34,864 nucleotides of DNA from an uncultured Muribaculaceae bacterium (GTDB lineage: Bacteria; Bacteroidota; Bacteroidia; Bacteroidales; Muribaculaceae): contig CANRZQ010000001.1 in the NCBI GenBank assembly GCA_947644475.1, positions 1 through 34,864 of the forward strand, read 5' to 3'. Numbering within the stretch: the stretch's first letter is position 1; every line of letters begins with the position of its first letter. The notes below the pieces were generated by a model. That model searched no databases, was not told the origin of the DNA, and worked only from the letters and a program-made list of their open reading frames with translations. Below, piece by piece: positions 27,957-34,864 of the stretch. The position numbers and the translations under genes were made by a program.

Positions 27957-28843
27957 TAAAAGCCGGAATATATGCCGCGGAGTCGTCTGTCGCGGGTGAA
28001 CTTGTTCGTATTCTCATCAATCATCCCGATGTGGAAATATCCTGGCTTCATGCTGAGCCGCACGCAGGCCGTGCGCTTGTCGACATACATCACGGCATGG
28101 TTGGCGAGACCGATTTGCGATTCGTAAGCCGTCCGCGTCCTGCCGAGGCCAATATGCTTTTTATATGTGGCGATGCGGAAGGCGCACTCGGCTTTGCAGC
28201 CTGCGAGCCCGATATGAAAATAGTGAGCCTTGTGCCGGTAGAAGCCTCCGGTTTTGTCTACGGTTTGCCGGAATTAAACCGAAAGGCTATGGTGCGCGGT
28301 GCGCTGCGTGCATCCGTGCCGTCGGCTGAGGCTAACATTATCCTCCTTTCGCTTCTGCCGTTGGCAAAGGAAGGCCTCCTTGTTTCCGACATCGACGTGA
28401 GCATCACGCTTCCGTCGTGTCTTGTGCCCGGCTCGTCCGACGTCATCTCCCAAAAAGAGATATCGGATGCGTTGTGTAGCCTCCAGCCCGGCTTTGCGTC
28501 AAAAATCAGAATAGAAACGGATGCCTCCGGGCAGTCGCGTGTGCTCACAGCAACAGTGTCGTTGGCTACCGATCTCAACATCGGTGAACTCACCCGTCTT
28601 TATGAGGAATTCTACGACGACCATAATTTTACCTTTATCGTCGACCGCATGCCATCGCCGCGGGAAGTGGAAGGCACAAATAAATGCCTCATTTATCTCG
28701 ATAAAACCGACGGACGCCTCAGTGTGTCGGCTGCCTTCGACTCTCCTCTGAAAGGAGCCGCCGGCACAGCCGTACACTGCATGAATCTCCTCTTCGGGCT
28801 TGCCGAGCGCATCGGCCTCTCGCTTAAAGCCTCCGCGCTTTAA
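27953..28843 (+). CDS. ArgC (N-acetyl-gamma-glutamyl-phosphate reductase)-like protein, catalytically degenerate
   Basis: Retains AGELVRILINHP, FVYGLPELNR, TNKCLI and LKGAAGTAVHCMNLLFGL; lacks the Gly-rich loop and the NPGC motif. Confidence 0.8.
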   Translation: MIKAGIYAAESSVAGELVRILINHPDVEISWLHAEPHAGRALVDIHHGMVGETDLRFVSRPRPAEANMLFICGDAEGALGFAACEPDMKIVSLVPVEASGFVYGLPELNRKAMVRGALRASVPSAEANIILLSLLPLAKEGLLVSDIDVSITLPSCLVPGSSDVISQKEISDALCSLQPGFASKIRIETDASGQSRVLTATVSLATDLNIGELTRLYEEFYDDHNFTFIVDRMPSPREVEGTNKCLIYLDKTDGRLSVSAAFDSPLKGAAGTAVHCMNLLFGLAERIGLSLKASAL

Positions 28844-28914
28844 CAGGAACACTCATCGCGGAGCGCTTTGCCACAAGCAAAGAACCCTCCGGCTTGTGAT
28901 ATAAGCATAATACC

Positions 28915-30744
28915 ATGAAAATGAATAAAATCTTATTCTGCGGGATAGTTGCCATGGCTGCTGTCTCGCCATTTTCGGCTTTGGCCGACGCCTCATTCCC
29001 GTTGATAACAAATATGCCGGCTCGCCAGCAGCAGTCGCTAAACGGGCAATGGCGCACGATTGTCGACCCATTCGAAAACGGATATTACGATTACCGGCTT
29101 AACCCTACCGACAATGGATATGCGCAGGACCTTGACTATTCAGACCCTACGGAATTGCAGGAATACGATTTTGGCAAGGATAAGTTCTTGCAGGTGCCGG
29201 GTGACTGGAACTCACAGCGTCCGGAACTGTATTATTACGAAGGCACCGTATGGTACCGCAACCGTTTTACGCCCGAGATAACTCCCGGGCGCAGACAGTT
29301 CTTGTATTTTGGAGCATCAAATTATGAAACGATTGTCTGGCTCAACGGAAAGCGTCTCGGCGAGCATGTGGGAGGCTTCACTCCGTTCAATTTTGAGGTT
29401 ACCGGGCTGCTCAATGAAGGCGAGAACTCGCTTGTCGTAAAGGTCGACAACAAGCGTCGGCCCGAAGGTGTGCCGACTGTCAACGCCGATTGGTGGAACT
29501 ATGGAGGCTTGACACGTCCGGTATCTATCGTTGAGACTCCGGCGGCTTTTGTGAGAGATTACAGCGTGCAACTTTCTCCGGCGCAAAAAAACACAGTCAA
29601 CGCTGAGTTTGAAGTCGAGGGCGACGGCATTGGGGAAGTCACTCTTTATATCCCCGAACTGAAAATCAATAAAAAAGTGGCCATAGGGCAGGATGGGCGA
29701 GGAAGCGTGTCGCTGAAATGCACCCCTCAGCTGTGGAGCCCGGAGAATCCGAAACTATATGATATATGTATCATAGCCGCCGGCGACACAATCCGCGACG
29801 AAATCGGTTTCCGAACTATCTCAACCGATGGCACGCGCATTCTTCTCAACGGAAAGGAAATATTCTGTCGCGGCGTCAGCATCCATGAAGAGGCGCCTTA
29901 CAATAGCGGCCGCTCATGGAGCCGTGAACATGCCCACACGCTTCTCAACTGGGCCAGGGAAATGAATTGTAATTTCGTAAGGCTTGCGCATTACCCCCAC
30001 AACGAGGAGATGGTTCGGGAGGCCGAAAGAATGGGGCTTCTCGTGTGGTCGGAAATCCCTGTATATTGGACAATACATTGGGATAACCCCGACACATATG
30101 CCAATGCGTCGCGCCAGCTCAACGATATGATTACACGCGACAAAAACCGTTGCAACATAATCATATGGTCAATAGCAAACGAAACGCCACGCTCCGATGC
30201 GCGCAATCAATTTCTCACGCGCCTTGCTGCCGAGGCCCGCGCGCTCGACGGTGGCACCCGTCTTATTGGGGCGGCCATGGAAAAGGACGAGATTCGTCCG
30301 GGCGTTATGTCGGTCGATGACGCCCTAAGCGATGTCCTTGATATTATTTCTTTCAACGAATATATCGGATGGTACGATGGCAAGCCGGAAAAATGCGATA
30401 CTTCCAACTGGGAATTCACCATCGACAAGCCGGTGTTTATCAGTGAATTTGGCGGAGGGGCGCTGGCCGGACTGCATGGCGACCCGGCACATCGTTTCAC
30501 GGAAGAGCATCAGGAAGACCTATATCGCAGACACACGGCTATGCTCGACCGTATTCCCGGTCTGGCCGGATGCACCCCCTGGATTCTTAAAGATTTCCGC
30601 TCACCCCGGCGCCATCTTCCCGGAATTCAGGACGATTTCAACCGCAAGGGCCTCATCAGCGACAAGGGCGACCGCAAAAAAGCATTCTATGTGATGAAAA
30701 ACTGGTACGCCAAAAAGTTGCCCCAATCCTCGGCTAAAAAGTAA
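28915..30744 (+). CDS. GH2 beta-glucuronidase with signal peptide
   Basis: DWWNYGG, RLAHYP, WSIANE (acid/base), YIGWY, ISEFG (nucleophile), DFRSPRR and the GUS-type NxKG motif (NRKG). Confidence 0.9.
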   Translation: MKMNKILFCGIVAMAAVSPFSALADASFPLITNMPARQQQSLNGQWRTIVDPFENGYYDYRLNPTDNGYAQDLDYSDPTELQEYDFGKDKFLQVPGDWNSQRPELYYYEGTVWYRNRFTPEITPGRRQFLYFGASNYETIVWLNGKRLGEHVGGFTPFNFEVTGLLNEGENSLVVKVDNKRRPEGVPTVNADWWNYGGLTRPVSIVETPAAFVRDYSVQLSPAQKNTVNAEFEVEGDGIGEVTLYIPELKINKKVAIGQDGRGSVSLKCTPQLWSPENPKLYDICIIAAGDTIRDEIGFRTISTDGTRILLNGKEIFCRGVSIHEEAPYNSGRSWSREHAHTLLNWAREMNCNFVRLAHYPHNEEMVREAERMGLLVWSEIPVYWTIHWDNPDTYANASRQLNDMITRDKNRCNIIIWSIANETPRSDARNQFLTRLAAEARALDGGTRLIGAAMEKDEIRPGVMSVDDALSDVLDIISFNEYIGWYDGKPEKCDTSNWEFTIDKPVFISEFGGGALAGLHGDPAHRFTEEHQEDLYRRHTAMLDRIPGLAGCTPWILKDFRSPRRHLPGIQDDFNRKGLISDKGDRKKAFYVMKNWYAKKLPQSSAKK

Positions 30745-30768
30745 ATAACAATTATTTAAGCGTCACAG

Positions 30769-30805
30769 ACGGCATTTCAACGCAATCGGTTGAAATGCCG
30801 TTTTT
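30769..30805 (+). terminator. Intrinsic terminator after the GH2 gene
   Basis: 13-bp perfect stem acggcatttcaac/gttgaaatgccgt followed by a T-tract. Confidence 0.85.
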
Positions 30806-30846
30806 AATGGGTCAGGCTGAATTGGCGGTGAATGTCTTTTCGGCAG

Positions 30847-30998
30847 AAGCGGCAGAGCCGCTTAATATGGTAGGCATGGGCGCAAGCCCATGTTATGATG
30901 AGGTGTTGTTATTCGACTGCGGCCGCAGTCGAACCTCCGTGATGCGTTAAAAACACGGGCTTTGGCCCGTGCCTGCCATATTCGACCGCCTTGCGGTC
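30847..30998. repeat. Inverted REP-like doublet around a perfect 22-bp palindrome
   Basis: ATATGGTAGGCATGGGCGCAAGCCCATG (30865-30892) versus inverted ATATGGCAGGCACGGGCCAAAGCCCGTG (30981-30954); centre TTCGACTGCGGCCGCAGTCGAA (30912-30933). Confidence 0.8.
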
Positions 30999-31093
30999 CA
31001 CCTGTTTTAATCAGTAATGCACCGTAATTACGGCCCGGGTCGTTTTATTTTTTGATTAAATCCGCAAATTTTCGAAATAATTATTACGAAATA

Positions 31094-31125
31094 TTTGCAT
31101 TTTTAATTAAATAAAGTTAAATTTG
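31094..31125 (+). promoter_or_regulatory. Sigma-A promoter of the GH64 gene
   Basis: TTTG (31094-97), N20, TAAATTTG (31118-25). Confidence 0.7.
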
Positions 31126-31224
31126 TGGCGTATTTTTATCCTATACTTTTTTTATACCATCGTTAAACTATTTATGTCAACCGCATCCGGAGGGATGTGC
31201 TGTTGAAAAGTTAATCCTTACAAA

Positions 31225-34002
31225 ATGTTTAAAAAATTGATTTCAGGCTTTGGTGCCTTGACCCTTGGCGCATTGAGCGCATGGGCCGATCTGCCGTTGG
31301 AACTGGTAAACAGTTCTTCCGGCGCGTATTCCGACAGCGATATCTATGTCGCAATTATCGGTAAAACAAAAGAAAGAGATATCTATTACGACCTCGGCGC
31401 CACCTCGCGCAACAAGTCGGCTGTGCTCAAGCCGCTTACTCCGAGTGTCAACAATCTGCACCATGATGCAGGCGACTGGGGATATGCCGACATCTTCACA
31501 CGCCTCTCCGACATTCAGGACAACACTATCTACATTGGCGACACTTTTGCATGCCGCCTGTTCATTTCGTTCAAGTCGCCGATGTATCTCCATGCTTTCG
31601 ACGCAGGTTATGCCGGTGCCGACATGAATAACCCCGGCGACCCCAATGCCGATATCCGTTGGGAACTTATCGAGTTCACCAACTCCCCGAACGAGCCCGG
31701 ACAGCCTATATGGATCAACACCACACGTGTCGATGCCTTCCAGTATCCGATGGGACTCGAACTGTATTCCGCCAGCCCCGCTTACATCAAGCGTGGCGAG
31801 AAACTTTCTTACGGCGATATCATCAAAAGCTGGAACAACGCTTACGGCAACACCGTATATAAGGACTGTTACAGCAACCCCATTAGAAAAGACAATCTTG
31901 GCGGCATCATCAAGCAGCCCTCGAAGGTGCAGAGCGTGAAGGCATCGAACCTTTTCGGCGACTACATCAACCGCGTATGGGACTATTTCCGCAATAACAC
32001 GGCGAACATCTCGATGGGCGTCCTTGGCCGTTGGGAAGGCCGCGTCTACGGCGACCAGTTTGTGCTCACCTGCAAGGAAGGCACGTACTGGGCTGTCGGT
32101 TCGCAAGGTCATGTCAACAAGCCCACAACCGAAGATGCCATCGAAGGCGCAGGCCCGTTCGCTGCCGGCTCCGACATCGACAAGACCGTGCAGGCCATGT
32201 TCTGCGCTGCTTTCAACCGCGGCCAGTTCCGCCTTACCACAGCCCATCAGGACTGGAACCCCGAAACCGGTGTCCGTGCTTTCACCGGCGGCTCGCAGTA
32301 TCCCTGCAACGAATATGTGAAGTTCTTCCACGACACAAACATTACAGTGTCTAACGGCTACACATATGCTTTCGCTTACGACGACACATTCGACCAAAGC
32401 GCTACCTGCCATGCCTCGGCTCCGTACCGTGCGGTAGTTACGATCGGCGGTTTTGTCAACCGTGGCGACGATTCAGGCAATACCGGCAATCCTTCTGCCA
32501 TGCCTGCCGCTCCTGCGCCCTCGCGCAATGCCGCCGATGTCAAGAGTTTCTTCAGCGGCGCCTACGGCTCTGTCGTTCCCGGCATGTTTGTCGGCGACTG
32601 GGGCCAGTCCACAGCCTCATCTGTCGTGAAATGCGGCAATGACGATGCTTATAAGTTTGACAACTTCAACTATTTCGGATTCCAATTCCCCGGCGACGCG
32701 CTTGTTGATGCCTCCGACATGCAGTATCTCCACGTCGATCTCTATGCTCCCGAGGCCATGGATGTCAACATCGTGCCCATCTCGCTTTTCCCCACCTACG
32801 ATAAGGACGGAGCGAAACGCCACCTCGAGGGCGGCAAGTGGAACTCGTTCGACATCGCCCTTTCCGAATTCCCCAACGTCAATTTCAGCAAACTTGGCCA
32901 GTTCAAGTTCGACGGTGGCAACGGCAAGACCTTCTATCTCGACAACCTCTACATGTGGAAAGAATCGGCCCGCGGCGGCATTCCCTCGGCACCCGCGCCG
33001 CGTCAGGCAGCCGGCGATGTAAAAAGTTTCTACAGCGGCTCGTATGGTTCTATCGTTCCCGGCATGTTTGTAGGCAGCTGGGGCCAATCGACAGTCGCAT
33101 CTAAGGAAAACTGCAGCGGCAACGAGGCTTACAAATTCGAAAACTTCAATTACCTTGGCTTCCAGTTCCCGGGCGATGCCGTGGTTGATGTCACCGACAT
33201 GCAGTTCCTCCACATCGACCTTTATGCTCCCGAGGCCATGGACGTAAATATCGTGCCCATCTCGCTTTACCCGACTTACGACCGTTCAGGCGTGTCGGTT
33301 CATCTCGAAGGCGGCCGTTGGAATTCGTTCGACATCGCTCTTTCCGTATTCCCCAACGTCAATTTCAGCAAACTTGGCCAGTTCAAGTTCGACGGCGGCA
33401 ACGGCAAGACCTTCTATCTCGACAACCTCTATATGTGGAAAGAAGCCGGAAGCACAGTTTATGAATCTGTATGCCGCTTCAACGCAAGCGATTGCCAGCA
33501 GGGCGTGTTCTATGCTCCTTATACCGTGAAGTTCACATATGACAAAAATGCGCGTACCCTCGAGGTAAAAGCCCAATTCTCCGATGAGTCGAAATATGCC
33601 GGATGGGCCTCGCCTATGCTCTGGCACTATGGCGGCAACCCCTTTGAAAGAGTAATGGCCGGTTCGTTTGCCGACGGTTACACCGCGACATTCTCCAATG
33701 TCAACCCCGGCGAGAAATACGAAGTGGCAGTGAAAGCGATCTTCGCCAACCTCGACGGCCGTGGCGGCATGGGCGTTACTCCCGTCATGTCGTACACCGT
33801 TCCCGGAAGCCCCAATCGCATCGGCATGGCAGGCGTTGACGACATCGAGGCTGCCGAAGTAGCCGAAGTGTCGGTATGGACAATCTCCGGAATGCCTGTA
33901 AGCGACGCAAATGTTGAAGACGGACTCGCCCCCGGCGTATACGTGAAACGCACCGTCTACACCGACGGCAAAGTAAAAGCCGAGAAATTCATCGTCCGCT
34001 GA
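31225..34002 (+). CDS. Secreted GH64 beta-1,3-glucanase with two tandem CBM-like modules and a T9SS-type CTD
   Basis: Signal peptide; WELIEFT..INTTRVDAF, FCAAFNRG, NEYVKFFH..YAFAYDD (GH64 motifs); 160-aa duplication; C-terminus PGVYV..G.VKAEKFIVR. Confidence 0.88.
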   Translation: MFKKLISGFGALTLGALSAWADLPLELVNSSSGAYSDSDIYVAIIGKTKERDIYYDLGATSRNKSAVLKPLTPSVNNLHHDAGDWGYADIFTRLSDIQDNTIYIGDTFACRLFISFKSPMYLHAFDAGYAGADMNNPGDPNADIRWELIEFTNSPNEPGQPIWINTTRVDAFQYPMGLELYSASPAYIKRGEKLSYGDIIKSWNNAYGNTVYKDCYSNPIRKDNLGGIIKQPSKVQSVKASNLFGDYINRVWDYFRNNTANISMGVLGRWEGRVYGDQFVLTCKEGTYWAVGSQGHVNKPTTEDAIEGAGPFAAGSDIDKTVQAMFCAAFNRGQFRLTTAHQDWNPETGVRAFTGGSQYPCNEYVKFFHDTNITVSNGYTYAFAYDDTFDQSATCHASAPYRAVVTIGGFVNRGDDSGNTGNPSAMPAAPAPSRNAADVKSFFSGAYGSVVPGMFVGDWGQSTASSVVKCGNDDAYKFDNFNYFGFQFPGDALVDASDMQYLHVDLYAPEAMDVNIVPISLFPTYDKDGAKRHLEGGKWNSFDIALSEFPNVNFSKLGQFKFDGGNGKTFYLDNLYMWKESARGGIPSAPAPRQAAGDVKSFYSGSYGSIVPGMFVGSWGQSTVASKENCSGNEAYKFENFNYLGFQFPGDAVVDVTDMQFLHIDLYAPEAMDVNIVPISLYPTYDRSGVSVHLEGGRWNSFDIALSVFPNVNFSKLGQFKFDGGNGKTFYLDNLYMWKEAGSTVYESVCRFNASDCQQGVFYAPYTVKFTYDKNARTLEVKAQFSDESKYAGWASPMLWHYGGNPFERVMAGSFADGYTATFSNVNPGEKYEVAVKAIFANLDGRGGMGVTPVMSYTVPGSPNRIGMAGVDDIEAAEVAEVSVWTISGMPVSDANVEDGLAPGVYVKRTVYTDGKVKAEKFIVR

Positions 34003-34027
34003 CGCGCGCGACGCATAACCAAATAAA

Positions 34028-34067
34028 AACGGAGCCGTGCATCTCTTCTGCGCGGCTCCGTTATTTT
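34028..34067 (+). terminator. Intrinsic terminator after the GH64 gene
   Basis: aacggagccgtgca/tgcgcggctccgtt stem followed by attttc. Confidence 0.75.
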
Positions 34068-34069
34068 CA

Positions 34070-34376
34070 CCCCAATCCCCGCCAACGGCCGTTAATTACG
34101 TGGATTGTCACGATTACGTAAAAAAGATTTTTGCGTTAATTCCCGCGAATTATTCATTAATCAAAATTAATGGCCGCTTAACGGCAATTAACGTAAAACC
34201 CCCACTCCCCGTAATTAATTTAATACACGTAATTCACGTAAATTAATTGCCGCGAATTATTCATTAATTAAAATTAATGGTCGATTAACGGCAATTCACG
34301 TACCCCCCCCAATCCCCGCAAACGGCCGTTAATTACGAGGATTGTCACGATTACGTGAAAAAGATTTTTGCGTTAA
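34070..34376. repeat. AT-rich mosaic direct repeats (A-B-x-B-A)
   Basis: A (70 bp) at 34070-34139 and 34307-34376; B (53 bp) at 34143-34195 and 34250-34302; further partial copies at about 34521-34546 and 34740-34781. Confidence 0.85.
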
Positions 34377-34379
34377 GAC

Positions 34380-34854
34380 TTGTCGCAGAGCGACAATCTC
34401 TTAGGTAACCCCCGGCTTCAGCCGTGGGGAGCGCGCATCTGCCAATAGACGGTGTGGCAGAGCCACACTCTTGTGTGTGCCCGCTTTTATAGACTGTGGC
34501 TCCGCCACAGCCGGGCTTCCCCGCGAATTATCCATTAATCGAAATTCCGTGACGCTGCGCTTGGCAGGAATCATCATGAACTATGAAAGAACCAAAATGA
34601 ACCATCAGATACAATGCCGACAAAATCCCCCCCTCACAAAAAAACAGATAATCCCCCGATGGTTCGTTCATGGTTCATGATGGTTCCGGCACGGCGCAGC
34701 CCGCGGCGGACGCACTTCCATACAACGCGTATATACTATTTTTTGTGTTAATTCCCGCGAATTATTCATTAATCAAAATTACGCAAATTCGGCACGGCGA
34801 AGCCGTGATTCCTTGGGTAACCGGGTTTGGAGGCAGCATGCCGACAAGCCCGGT
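34380..34854. repeat. REP-like hairpin cluster
   Basis: ttgtcgc-aga-gcgacaa; gtaacccccggcttcagccgtgggg; gtgtggc-aga-gccacac; ctgtggc-tcc-gccacag; cacggc-gaa-gccgtg followed by gtaaccggg...cccggt. Confidence 0.7.
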
Positions 34855-34864
34855 CGGCAACGAC

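Noticed and set aside
27953-28843. Calling this gene functional argC, or a pseudogene
   Set aside because: The catalytic Cys and Gly-rich loop are absent, yet the frame is intact and coupled to waaA, so neither label is supported.
34037-34680. Short ORFs 34037-34246 and 34471-34680
   Set aside because: They overlap a terminator and repeats, start at non-ATG codons and have no recognisable features.
34070-34781. CRISPR array or replication origin
   Set aside because: No regular repeat-spacer period, no cas genes and no DnaA-box cluster seen.

Overview
A mostly chromosomal window from a Bacteroidales bacterium. The canonical TTTG-N20-TAnnTTTG promoters and the T9SS-type C-terminal signals suggest Muribaculaceae (inference). 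It carries housekeeping genes (fcl, asd, argS, rnhB, gltX, waaA, amidase-MCE pair, DUF4199-GT2-DUF6452-DUF6048 operon), an AT-rich HepT/MntA toxin-antitoxin pair inside an operon, and a GH2 beta-glucuronidase. It also encodes three probable T9SS-secreted multidomain proteins: a GH13 amylase, a GH64 beta-1,3-glucanase with a 480-bp duplicated module, and a 1272-aa SGNH esterase with starch-binding-like modules next to a SusR-like regulator. Most notable: (i) an intact, translationally coupled ArgC homolog that has lost its catalytic and cofactor motifs; (ii) the 1272-aa protein, whose SGNH domain appears inserted within an Ig-like domain; (iii) intergenic REP-like hairpin elements with a shared two-hairpin layout but no transposase; (iv) heptamer tandem arrays at gene junctions; (v) a mosaic AT-rich repeat tract at the right end. 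No rRNA, tRNA, CRISPR array or transposase was seen. Family assignments rest on motif recognition, not database searches.
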